DNA of 63,063 nt, filler included, from Phoronis australis (lineage: Eukaryota > Animalia > Phoronida): the NCBI GenBank assembly GCA_002633005.1. It is 8 parts of 8 records of this genome, joined end to end, with 100 filler letters (N's around TTAATTAATTAA, not from the genome) between each part and the next. Parts side by side here need not be neighbours in the genome. Positions count along the whole stretch, not along the records: positions 10,690 to 16,581 come from NMRA01002256.1; positions 16,682 to 24,973 come from NMRA01001907.1; 6 more parts are not named here. One strand, 5' to 3'. Made by a program: the position numbers and the translations under genes. Positions 11,091-22,743 of the stretch are shown in pieces. The notes under the pieces are model-generated. The model made no database searches. It saw only the letters and a list, made by a program, of their open reading frames with translations, and was not told where the DNA came from. Numbering within the stretch: position 1 is the stretch's first letter; each line of letters starts with the position of its first letter.

Positions 11091-12759
11091 GTAAGCAGAT
11101 ATTTGTTGGTAATTTTTCTAAAACGTGATCCACAGACTTAGAAAATGGTTTTACACAAACGCAGTGGTTTTTTACTTCATTTTCTTGTTTTGCACGTACA
11201 TGTATAAACTTTACCATAATATAGTGTAGGAAACAAGAACATGGGTGTCACTCCATCTCGATAGTATACGTCATGAAATGTAGTATCTTATTTTCGAAAT
11301 TTTCATATTAGAAAGACCTTTAAGGCAGGTCAAGAAAAAGTATCGGTGTGGGGTGCTCTGAACTCAGTTTGTACGACGAACATCACTAGTTGGTCTTCAC
11401 GCAGCCACATTCCCACTTTTGGCATCGTTCTGCAAATTACCCTGGTGTGACAGGTACAGTAACTCTGATTGTTCATCTACGGTACAGTTCCGCGTGAAAT
11501 TGTTGTTATAGAATGCAACTTACAAGCACTGTTCATCAGTATTCGATCCCAATTCTTGGGACTTCATCTACCGAAAAACTTACTACATGTAGCTTGCGGC
11601 GCTGGTGGTGGTTCTTCAAATGCATTCTTTGTGAGACAGTTTTCGAATCGTAAACGTCAACGGACACCACCGAAAAATAGAGACGTGTACAAACCTTGGC
11701 AGCGTCCCATGTTCGCAAGAATTTAGCAATTAAACCTCGTGTGATAACACGATTCTCAGCTAATGAATGGCGATATCTCGCTTGGTTAAGCTTATCTTGT
11801 GTTTTCCGAGTTTCTTGCGTCAAAGAACTGGCTCATTTGATATAATGTTTGCCCAGATGCTTATTCGTTAATTTGTTTTCTGGACGAGACTGTTATCTAT
11901 TGACCTATGCCGGTGAATTAACATTAAAAATGAAGAGATTTCCAAAAAAGAATCCAGTCTAATGCTTTGTGTTACTGACAGCGAACAGTGCACTTGTCAG
12001 TTGTCCCGCTGCTGGCGGACTATCCCACATTTTGAATTATTTCCTGTCACACCATCATAATGTCCCGCCTTTTGTCGCAAGCTAAATGACGTATTATCAC
12101 ATATACTATTGCAATTTCACACGCGACATAGTCATATTTTACCATTTACTTAAACGGAACGTTTAATGTTTTTTGACAACTGCAATTTCCCGTTCGACTA
12201 AAACCAAAAAACGCGGACGGGCACTTTTGAGTGTCATGTCTCCCGTTCGACAAAAAATGCTGTCGGCAGGTCTTTGTGTGTTGCTACTAAGAGTTCAATT
12301 TCGGCCAAAGGGGCCCGCATTTTATCTAGAAGTCCCCATTTTATTGGTCGAAACAGCTGTGCAACAGGTGTTCAAAATGACATTTACTCTTTGTTATGAA
12401 TTTGTTATTTAGCAAAACAACCATCATAAATACATATAAGTATTTCAATGTTTCCTGTTTACAGTGACATACACTTCATGTTTACGAGCAACTTCATTAA
12501 GTCCTTAGACGTGAGCGTGAGACTGAAGTAATGAGAATTGCCTCGACTGTCAATTTGCAGAAAACATACTTTTATGGTGGCTAGTTCCTTAAAATTTTTA
12601 TGACAATGATACCATTAAGTTACCTTGAATGAGACAATATTTTTTATACAAAATTTTGTCAATTTGGTATACATTAGAAGTAAATCATTTCTTTCGGGAA
12701 CATATTTTCTTTTTTTTTCCTTTTGGTAACATGCATTTTCAATATCTTTCTCATTTTAG

Positions 12760-12913
12760 TGCGAATTTCTCGAATGGTATCACGTTGGTCGAAATGGTGC
12801 TTGTAGACGAAGCGGTCCCCACAAAGATTACGAACTCTTTGGTCGAGGCTACTATGTCAAGAGGTTTTCTGGCAGCTGCAATGAAAAATACGATATAAGC
12901 GCGCGGTGTTTAG
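12760..12913 (+). CDS. Next exon of the Gla-like gene (aromatic stack plus Cys-containing module)
   Basis: Pyrimidine-rich acceptor TCTTTCTCATTTTAG ends 12759; phase-0 reading CEFLEWYHVGRNGACRRSGPHKDYELFGRGYYVKRFSGSCNEKYDISARCL(G); likely phase-1 donor G|GTAGGT at 12914. CEFLEWY aligns with TEFWKQY. Confidence 0.68.
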
Positions 12914-13267
12914 GTAGGTGTAGGTCCTACTGTAATCTACAGGTTTTAGCATTTTAGTATGAAATTTGAATGTAGAAAAGTTGATTTCCGACATTCACAT
13001 CTTCTTAAATAGTGCATTGTATTTTTCTTGTTTACTCTTTAAAATTTTATTAGTTTTGTAAAGCCCCACTGGGAGCACTGTTTTTAGTCTCTGAGACTAC
13101 GCAGCACAAAGAGATATACCGGAAGGTTATTGACTGTGCAAGTACATACATGTATTCCAGCCAACACATCAACCTGAGCATACTCACAACCTTTTTGTTT
13201 TTTCCCTGTGACGTTGGGGCAACCAGCTAGCCAACTAGATATCGTCAAAATACAGCTAGGTATCACT

Positions 13268-14775
13268 TAGTCTTAGTATAAAGCTGTATACTGAATATAC
13301 AGCTTTGTGCCGATGTGGGTAAAAAACTGACCAGATAAAATATGACCCAAAATTAGTGTCATTAAAAACTACTCCCTTCTTTCAGTAAACTAAATCATAT
13401 ACCGGTGTTGGAAAAAATGGCGTTCTACGATTATTCTGCAGCTTAAGTTGGCTTTCGGCGCCATGAAATATTGCGTCACCTATTTTGTCCAGTTTCTTGT
13501 TTTGCGGATTCTTCATTCAACTGTTCTTTTTCCACGAGGTTGCGTACATGTCACCACAAATTTTTTGAACTGATTTTATTCCGTTACAAGTTTTCAGTAT
13601 TTTAATACCAGCAAATCTAATTTCGCAACAAATTTTCTGCTGCTGTCGCAAAATTATAGTAAATGACGCGTGCTTGTGACGAGAAGGCACTGTTTTCAAA
13701 ACGACGACATGCTTTTCATTGTTCCAAAAGACGGAGAGTTACGCAAGAAAATGGTGTTTGTTGCATTGTTTTTTACTTAAACGGTTACAACGGGAAAGGT
13801 GAGTGTCGGTTTACTCTCAGATTTTGCAGCACCCCGTCCGGTCTTTAGCTCTACATGTTAATACAGGTTTCACGGTGAGGTGACGAGCAGAACTACCCTG
13901 GCTGTGTGCAATTTTGGGGTCTATGGAAGATTAGCACAGCTGATAGTCTTCATACAATGTACAGCTATCTGGCTCGCTAGGTATCACTGGGTGTAGGCAG
14001 CCAGCTACATGTAGCTGTATGAAGACTGTCGTCAAAATACAGCTACATGTTGGTCCCACTGCGTGTATTTCTTCCGTAGACTCCGAAATTACACACAGCC
14101 AGGGTAGTTCTACTCGTCACCGCGCCGTGAAACTTGTATCAACATGTTAAGCTAAAGACCGGACGGGGTGCATGCGAAATCTGAGAATCATCCAACTCTC
14201 ACCTTGCCCATTACATCCGTTTAAGTGAAAAACAATGCAATAAACGTCATTTTCTTGCGCAACTCTCCGCCTTTTCTAACAAAGAAAAGTATTTCGTCGT
14301 TTTGAAAACAGTACGCTCGTGCCACGCGCACACGCCATTTCCTTAATTTTTGCGACATCTCTCGGGAGATGATGATAGCTGGGCAGCAGCAAAATTTCTT
14401 CTGAAATTCGATTTTTCGCTATCAAAATTCTAAAAACTTTATAATGAAGTGAAACAGTTCTGATAATTTGTTGTGACGTGTACGCAACCTCGTGAAAGAA
14501 CAACAGTTGATTGAAGAATCGGCGAAAAAAGAAACTGGCCAATAGGTGACGCAATATTTCATGGCGCCGAAAGCCGTCGCTAAAGATCGCTCCACAACTT
14601 TAGCAGCAGAATAACGGTAGAACGCTATTTTTGCCAACACCGTTAAATGATTTAGTTTACTCAAGGAAGACTGTAGTTTTTATGACACCAATTTTGTGCC
14701 AGACTTTATCTTACCACTTTTTTACCAACAACGGTGCAAAGCTATATATTTATATACAGCTTTGTACCGAGGCTA
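13268..14775. mobile_element. Non-autonomous Academ-like fold-back transposon with ~650-700-bp TIRs
   Basis: The left arm (13268 to ~13950) is a diverged reverse complement of the right arm (~14070-14775). Termini are TAG...CTA, with a 4-bp CACT duplication at 13264-13267 and 14776-14779. Confidence 0.75.
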
Positions 14776-15220
14776 CACTGTGTGTTGATCTCCGTTACAG
14801 ACATTTCATACAGCCCGGGTATAGTTCTGCGCGTCACCTGGTTGCGTGAAACTTTAATCAACATTTAGAGCTAAAAACCGGCAGGGGTGCATGCAAAATC
14901 TGGATGCCAACCGACACTCACCTTGCCCGCTGCAGCCGTTTAAGTGAAAAAAAAAACAATCTAATAAATGTCATTTCCTTGCATAATTCTCCGCCTTTTG
15001 TAAGAAAGTCAGTCGGCGTTTTGAAAAAAGTACGCTCGTGAAACAAGCACGCGCCATTTGATAAAATTTTGCGATATCTTTCGGGAGATGACGACAGCTT
15101 CGCGCAGACATTTTTTTTTGAAATTCCGTTTGCTGGTATTAACATGCCAAAAACTTGAAATGAAATTAAACTAGTTCCAATAATTTTTGTGACATGTACA
15201 CAACTTCGTGGAAGAGAACA
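14776..15220. mobile_element. Older partial copy of the same Academ-like family (host of the 13268-14775 insertion)
   Basis: Direct, diverged match to ~14057-14505; its upstream part lies at ~13240-13267 (ATCGTCAAAATACAGCTAGGTATCACT). Confidence 0.6.
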
Positions 15221-15396
15221 GGGGCCTGTTCCAAGAAACTGACTTAAGCTTATTTTTGAGTTAAGTTTAAGATTTGTCTTAACTTCCAACACTTGAGACT
15301 TCAACATTCTGTTAGTTAGTCAAAATTGAGACAAAATTTATGTTAAACTCTTAAGTCAAACTTAAGATTTCTTCCTTGAGACAAATTTGGCTTTGA

Positions 15397-16325
15397 TTAC
15401 TTGGCGGAATTCTGGGAATTCCGCCAAGTATGTTGGTCTGACAGCAAGTTTTTACTTGGCGGAATTCTTCGAATTCTTCGAATTCCGTCAAGTATGTTGG
15501 TCTGACAGCAATTTTTTTTGTTTGTTTGCACTCTACAGGTCGCAATTTTCGTCCGATTTTCACGATATTGGCACACGACGTGTAGATTTGAAAGTCCTGG
15601 AAGGTTATTGTTTTTGGTCATGATCGGATACAAAATGGCGGTCGTGGCGGCCATTTTGTATCCGATTTCACAGTCAAATACTCGTAGAGGCCGCATTTTT
15701 CCACCTACATGGCTGAAAATCGGTACAAATATAGTAAATGTGCTACAATTGTGCAGAAAATCGTTGACTTCCGGTTAAAGATGGCGGAAATATTGGACGT
15801 GGCGCATGCGCACCCCGAAGTATGGCCAAAAACCTTTTCTCCTGTAAAGGGCGCAATTGCAAACCAATCAGTTTCAAACTGGTCACGTGTTTGTTGAGTT
15901 TAATAAGCTTTTATAAAAATTTTTGGACCGGAAGTCACTTTCAAGATGGCGGCTGTGGCGCATGTTCACACGGTTTCAATCGCTCTGGTGTCGCATTTTT
16001 AACGGGACAAGTAAATGCCGTGAATTTTTGCATGTGGATTCCTTGTAGTATGGTCTTTCAAAAAGTCTGCGAGAGCGTATTTCTCAGACTTGCCATTTTC
16101 GAGTTATTTGACTTTGAATTTCAAAAAAACCGGCAAATTTTCAATTTTCTCGAAAAATTTTTGGATTTTTGCCAAACTATCGCTTTATATAGAATTTTGA
16201 ACGGGCTTTCAGATGATATTTTCCATTTTGCGCTACGACGTCTACTTTTTGAATCATTCGAGATTTGCGGATACCGTTGTTCCTTCGTTCACTTATGCAA
16301 GCACACAGCTGGCTGGCATTTAGTT
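15397..16325 (+). mobile_element. Helentron-associated (HINE/DINE-1/pearl-like) non-autonomous element
   Basis: Duplicated 5' hairpin TACTTGGCGGAATT..AATTCCG(C/T)CAAGTA, (TTTG)n tract, degenerate internal repeats, 3' end ...TTTAGTT. Confidence 0.5.
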
Positions 16326-16581
16326 CACTTTGTTTTGGTTATGCCTAGTTGACCCAGACTGACCCAGCCAGCACTGTCCTACTGTAAAGCATGGCTCGTC
16401 CGTCATGTTGCGCCATCTATTGTGTTCTTTATTGTAGTTGATTGTATGCTCTCTATTTGATTTCTTCGCTAGTCACATGAATGTTATTGTGTTTGCCAAA
16501 CTACTACTTTAGATAGAGTTTTGAACGGGCTTTCATTCTTTATTGTAGTTGATTGTATGCTCTCTATTTGATTTCTTCGCT

Positions 16582-16681
16582 NNNNNNNNNNNNNNNNNNN
16601 NNNNNNNNNNNNNNNNNNNNNNNNNTTAATTAATTAANNNNNNNNNNNNNNNNNNNNNNNNNNNNNNNNNNNNNNNNNNNN
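16582..16681. other. Artificial contig spacer
   Basis: N44-TTAATTAATTAA-N44. Confidence 0.97.
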
Positions 16682-18084
16682 GCAGAGCACAGTTCATAAG
16701 CAAAAGGGCATCTGTGGGCTAACGGTCTTTTGTGATTACCTGAACGCATGAAATTGTGTGGGTAGAGTGAATATGCGGCACATGCAGTCTGGGTGAAATT
16801 GAAGATGAGCCTCATTTCATGTGTCGATGCTCTGCTCTTGGAGACCTTAAAAAAAATCTTCTACCAGACCTTGTGAATGTTTTCTCTTGTTATATTCCAA
16901 AAGAAAAATTATGACAGCATCCAGCGCCTTGCATTGTATATTCAGAAGGATATGGCTTTAAGAGAAGAACTACTCTTTGTGTAAATACTCTGAATATACA
17001 TTTGAATTTATGTATTTATATATGAGTAGGCAATGCCTACGGTGTACAATGAATGATGGTTATGAAGGTGGGTAGGACCTTTGGCTCACAAGTGCCATCT
17101 GTTGAATTTATTGTCTCCCAATAATTGTTAGTAATTATGAGCTGCTTATGTACAAGTACAGAAGTGCTGCTTTTGCTCTTGTCACGTCGGGTATGTGAAC
17201 AAACGTTTCCGTATTTTCACAAGTAGCCATACTGCCATCATAAATAAAACTTATATGTGCTGGTAAGAAAACACTTTGGGTGTACTCATATTGATGAAAA
17301 CATAAGAAACAAGTGATTAGGCGAGACACAGCTTAGTTTGTACAGGGCCATCAATTCCGTAATAATGAAATTTCTTAATGTCGTTGGTAGAAGTGTTAAG
17401 GACAAACATTAATTTATCAGATAAACTCACTTGTTCACTGAATTTCAAAGGTTAAGGAACTGGACGATTTGTCGATTTGTCGATTTGTCAACCTGGCCCA
17501 TTAGGTGTCATAAGGATGACTTGTTTTAACAAGCGATGTCTCTCTCTCGAGATAAGATATTGACTACTGGTTCTAGTAAGCACACTGAGGGATGAGAATT
17601 ACATTATGTTACATACAGGATATAGTGTTTGATATAAATAATTTAGCATTGTTATGATTTGTTGATGAATTAAAACTGGAAGTCAAATACTTCTTACAAT
17701 TTTTCGAGATGTGAAAACAGAGGATAACTGATTTTCGTTTCTATTAAACACCGTATTCATAAGCATGATGTGAAAACAGGAGATTAAAAACCGGACGATC
17801 GCCGCACAAATGAAGAAGTTCATAATAAATCAACGTTTCGTCTATTCGTTAGACATCATCAGGATATTTACATAGGACGACAGGAGGTAACTGATTTTCA
17901 TTTCTATTAAACACCGTATATATGAGTATGATGCGAAAATGGCACTAATGACATATTACCATAGTGTGACCATCTAACTCTCCCTTGCGGATCACATGGT
18001 AATTTAGGTAACGTTCTGATCTCGACAACAATTGTTAGTAATGTGCTTGTATTCCAATAGTTCTTATGCTATTTCATTTTGTAG

Positions 18085-18240
18085 CGATCCATCAGGCCAC
18101 AAGTGGTGACGACCTTTGAACTCCCAGGCTGCCTCGACATGTGGACTGTGATTGGTCCATCTTCGTCTGAAGAGAAATTGGAGGGTGACTCTGAGGAACG
18201 GCATGCGTTTCTTATTCTGAGTCGAGAGGAATCCACTATG
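18085..18240 (+). CDS. CPSF1: CPSF1 (CPSF160) internal exon
   Basis: [25 protein letters not shown]...[15 protein letters not shown]; AG/GT bounded, phase 0-0. Confidence 0.95.
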
Positions 18241-19180
18241 GTAAGGTTATAAAAATTGACAAGTCATATTAAATGCTTAGCTGTATCATAAGCAAAAGGT
18301 AATTTTTATTCATACATCCCTAAATTTTTTTTGTCGCCCCACCCTCGCTCATCTGAGATAGGTGGGTAGGCTGGTAAGGTATTTTTATTTTTGAACTTTT
18401 TAATGTTTGGGCTGTTTAATTTTGTTGCAAATAATACAATCGAAAAAATTCTTCATTTTAATTTATACCTTAAAGAGAACATTTTTGACGCCTTTCTTTT
18501 TGCCTTTGTTTAAGGCTTGACTGCATGTTTGTGGATTGTGAATGTGCTGAGCATCAGTTCTTTTCTGCATCTTTTTACTTTGTACCAAAAGCATGATTTT
18601 ATTATTGACCTAAAAAACAAATTTTTTCTGACATGAAAGTCTCACAAGACCAAAGATTGAAAATTGAATGTTCTCAATTTAAAAATTACCCATTAGCTTA
18701 ATTTTGCTTCTCTTGGAAAATGTGGTGTTTCATACTTTGTACATAATTTCCAGCACAGAAACACATTTTTAGTTTTAAATATGTCTCCTTGTTAGTTCCA
18801 TTTATCCACTTTCTTATGTCTTACTTAACATCACTAAAACACCCAAACTTGAATCGCGGTTGCGGGCAACCAATTTAAGTAAAAAACAAAAATCTATTTC
18901 AAGGCTTGAAATTTTTTTTGAGCTTCTGTCATCAAAAGTTCACACAACAATGTTTTTAAGACTTCAAAATAATTCAAACTTGGTTTTGTTGGATAAATGA
19001 CTAGTCAGTAACCTTTCTTATCCGTTTAATTTTGATGTGAGATTTTCCGTATTTATCAACATTGTCAAAAAGCTTGCAAATTGTATGCTGGCAGGTTAAC
19101 AGATGACATATAAATTAAAAATTTTCTTAAAGCATGCGGAGATCACCAATAGGAACAGGAAAATGTGTATTTTTGGAAAT

Positions 19181-19340
19181 GCATTTGTTCTTGGGCATTG
19201 TACGCATTTGTTCATTGGGCATTGTTCGCATTTGTGCATTGGGCATTGTACGCATTTGTGCATTAGGCATTGTACGAATTTGTTCATTGGTCATTGTACG
19301 CATTCGTTCATTGGCATTGTACGCTTTTGTTCATTGGTAG
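19181..19340. repeat. 24-bp minisatellite, ~6.7 copies
   Basis: Unit GCATTTGTTCATTGGGCATTGTAC; the last partial unit contains the CPSF1 acceptor AG. Confidence 0.9.
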
Positions 19341-19482
19341 ATCCTTCAGACTGGTCAAGAGATGATGGAACTTGATCACAGTGGCTTTAGTACTCAAGCA
19401 CCCACAGTCTACGCAGGCAACATAGGAGGCAATAAATATATAATGCAGGTGTCGCCCAATGGAGTCAGGCTATTGGAAGGGG
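19341..19482 (+). CDS. CPSF1: CPSF1 internal exon
   Basis: [47 protein letters not shown]; phase 0-1, donor GTATGT. Confidence 0.95.
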
Positions 19483-20170
19483 GTATGTGGTTCTATTTAC
19501 TAGGCTGGCTGTTTCCAAGGGATCGACCATGTTTTTAATTTTTGTGTCTATGTAACCATGGTGATCATGCAGGTGAAGTAAGGCTTGTAGAAAGTTGTAA
19601 TCTTCACAACTCGTTTAATTGCTTGTGCCTGTTTGTGGAATTTGCCATGTTGCCTGCATGAAACGCGTCATTTCCCAATTAATTTCATTTCAATGAAACT
19701 CGCTGTTCTTTAGCGTTTTATATGTTGGTTTTGCAACCTGCCTTCTTAACTTCTTACTTTTTCACTGAAGACATGCTAATTGTCGGATGTACTCCAACAC
19801 ACAACATGTGCACACACAAGTTAAAACTGTTTTATCGCGAGACTTGAAGTGGCTATAAACCAGTTATTTTATTTAAATCATGTACCATTATAAAACTGGT
19901 ATCAAACTATTTGTTAGTCAAAATAGGAGGGATTTCCGGGCCTCTAAAGATCTTACAGTTTGTTGTTGCTTGACACAAGGCTCTACAAGTTGATTTTTCA
20001 GGCTGTGTCAATTTATTGGCCGAGTGGTGTAGATCGAAATTTAGTTTCTCGAAAAGAATGTTGGTTTATTTACTTAAGGGTCAGATGATGTGGTTTAGTA
20101 GGATTTGCTTGAAGGAGTGAGAAAATGATCGCTAGAGGGGAAGAGAATAATTTTGTATTCTGAATCCATA

Positions 20171-21431
20171 TTTATGGGCCCACATATCTATATGCATGTG
20201 GGCGTGTTATGGCGTCTTCCCTATCCATCTGTCGAGGGCCCGGTGTCAGTCCGCCTAGTGTCTACTGCTGTACCTCCAAGACCCCTTAATGGATTTGAAT
20301 GAAATTTTGCAGACATGTATTTATCATGGATTTGGGACCATAGTCGATTCAACTTCCGTTGTGCTCCCTAGTGACAAATCCTTATGCTTGCCTATATATC
20401 CTTGTTTTGTCTTGGATGTATTTTTGTTGGAGGCAACAGTTGGCAAATAGGGTTTTGGTGTCCACCTCTCTGTCTATCCGTGGATTCTGAAAATTAGCAT
20501 ATGTGTTTCTTCTGGGAAGTGCATGGCTAATGATGATATTCGGACATTTGTCATTGCTGTGCACCCTTAGGTGTCTACCAAGTTCCTTGATAAGTCTTCA
20601 TAAAATTTGTTTGTGTTTTTATGGAGGAGAGTACAACTGAAGTGGATTCTGGGACAAATCAGAGGTTTGCAGAGTCCATTGGTGGCAATTTTTTTTTCTT
20701 TGTATTTACCTTGATATTTACCAAGCTTCTTGATGGATTGATACGAAATTTAGAAAATAAGTTACTATGGGTAAACAAGTGTGTCCTAGGTGTGGTGCTG
20801 ATGTTGAAACCCTTGAACACCTGGTGAAGTTTTCTTCAGCTTTTTATAGGCTAAGGATCAACCTATTGGATGGCACTGTTACATGCCTACAACATATAGT
20901 GCATGGCAACAAATGGAAAAGCCTGTCCATTTTCTTAAAGGAGACAGACAATCTTGAAAATTTCTTTCACAAGGAACCTGTTGATTGATATCAATGCTCT
21001 TGTGAGTTTTAGCTCAGATGTTTCATGCAGTGGGCCCAACCATGATACCTGCTCATGTCTCATGCTCTGCAAAAGACATCAGAGAGCTTGTACCCTTTTC
21101 ACTATCAGGTAGATGACAGCGCCTACCCTGTTTCAAATGGGTTCAACCTACATTGTGCCCCCAAGTGGCCTTTTTATTGTTTTCGTGGCTGTTCTTTGTC
21201 GTGCACCTTCATATCCAAACTACTTGAAGAGTCATGATGAAAGTTGGCAAGTGTGTTACTAACTTAGTCTTCACCTCCCCCGTCCCCCATCCCCCCTCCC
21301 CCGGGGCTATTTTCAGTTTACTAGCATTGCTCCCTTTGGTGGAAATGTTTAAATATTGACTCATCTCTTGTGCCTGCTCTGTATGCCATGCGCAAGGTGG
21401 GTGCGCATCAATGTTCAGCTTTGTTCTAGTA
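20171..21431 (+). mobile_element. Second HINE-like element in a CPSF1 intron
   Basis: 5' TTTATGGGCCCACAT..ATGTGGGC hairpin, degenerate internal repeats (GATTTGAATGAAATTT-like), 3' hairpin ATGCGCA..TGCGCAT and terminal TTCTAGT. Confidence 0.5.
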
Positions 21432-21592
21432 TTTTGAATCCTGATGACTGTGTAGTATAGAAATATGTGTCTGTGGTATATGTCAATAACAGTACCCTGC
21501 TGACAGTATCTTAAGCGTATGCAATTAGTATCATAACATGTACTTTCTGCCTGACCGTATTGGCTTTACATGATTAATTGTTGTCTTAACAG

Positions 21593-21768
21593 CGACACAA
21601 CTTCAGCACATCCCTATTGATATTGGCTCTCCCCTCGTCCACTGTTCTGTCGCCGACCCCTTCGTTCTCATCTTGAGTGAGAAGGGTCAAATTATGATGC
21701 TGACCCTCCGACAAGACCAGTTTGGCTCTGGGGTGAGGCTGGCTGTACTTAGGCCCCAGGTATCACAG
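21593..21768 (+). CDS. CPSF1: CPSF1 internal exon
   Basis: (A)TQLQHIPIDIGSPLVHCSVADPFVLILSEKGQIMMLTL...RLAVLRPQVSQ; phase 1-0, donor GTATGG. Confidence 0.93.
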
Positions 21769-22115
21769 GTATGGTGCTCTTACATAAACCTTAAAATGAG
21801 ATTCAAACCTTTTGTTCCAGTACAATTCCTAGCGATAATTCAAAATGGTTTGCGTATACAGTTTCATTTGTAGACCACCGAATCATTTCCTTTTGACCAG
21901 AATTGTTTTTGAATACTGCATTAATTTAACTTCAATGTTAAACAATCTAGTCACTCCCTCCGAACTGAATTTGGATTGTGTGCCAGTTTTCTAGTAAATG
22001 CTCATTGACTGAGACCAGTATTCTGTATACTGAACAGAAAAGTATGCCTGTATTTTTCCTTTTGAAGCTATTTTTTTTCTGCCTCAGTTTCTGCTATTTT
22101 GTTTTCTATGTGCAG

Positions 22116-22255
22116 AAGTCCAAGGTGGTCACGCTATGTGCATACAAAGATTTTAGTAACATGTTCACCACAACGGGCAAAGTGTCAGAGATTGTTCCGG
22201 AAATGACAGATGCCAGGACAAAGTTAGATTCATCAGTGTTCACGTTTGACAATAG
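22116..22255 (+). CDS. CPSF1: CPSF1 internal exon
   Basis: KSKVVTLCAYKDFSNMFTT...FTFDN; acceptor TGCAG, phase 0-2, donor GTTTGT. Confidence 0.9.
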
Positions 22256-22380
22256 GTTTGTATTGCCGTATGACATGTGCTGCAGTCTTTTTTGTTCGAA
22301 AAGTTTGTCATTATTGAAACAACAGTTATGTGATATAGTTTAAGAAACTGCAGTTATGTTGTGTAAGAATATACTGTAGT

Positions 22381-22652
22381 CAGAAAGGTATTGTTAGTCA
22401 CTTTCATGTCAGTAACAGAAAGGTATTGTTAGTCACTTTCATACCAGTAACAGAAAGGTATTGTTAGTCACTTTCATACCAGTAACAGAAAGGTATTGTT
22501 AGTCACTTTCATACCAGTAACAGAAAGGTATTGTTAGTCGCTTTCATACCAGTAACAGAAAGGTATTGTTAGTCGCTTTCATACCAGTAACAGAAAGGTA
22601 TTGGTAGTCACTTTCATCCCAGTAACAGAAAGGTATTGTTAGTCACTTTCAT
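22381..22652. repeat. 35-bp minisatellite, ~7.8 copies
   Basis: Unit CAGAAAGGTATTGTTAGTCACTTTCATACCAGTAA head-to-tail, near-identical. Confidence 0.95.
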
Positions 22653-22743
22653 GCCACCTGTTGGCCTTGTTTCGTAATAATGGCGATTTTTGAATGCTTT
22701 GCATAATGTTGTTATTAATTAATGAATGTGAAGTGTGTGATTA

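Noticed and set aside
12465-12510. Candidate micro-exon inside the Gla-like intron
   Set aside because: Starts with TGA in the required phase 0 and is 46 nt long; unsupported without transcript data.
19096-19375. Cys/His-periodic ORFs resembling metal-binding peptides
   Set aside because: Translations of the intronic 24-bp minisatellite.
22381-22652. CRISPR-like periodicity (also 28284, 29688, 35940, 57712)
   Set aside because: Units are head-to-tail with no unique spacers, there are no cas genes, and the context is eukaryotic; these are minisatellites.
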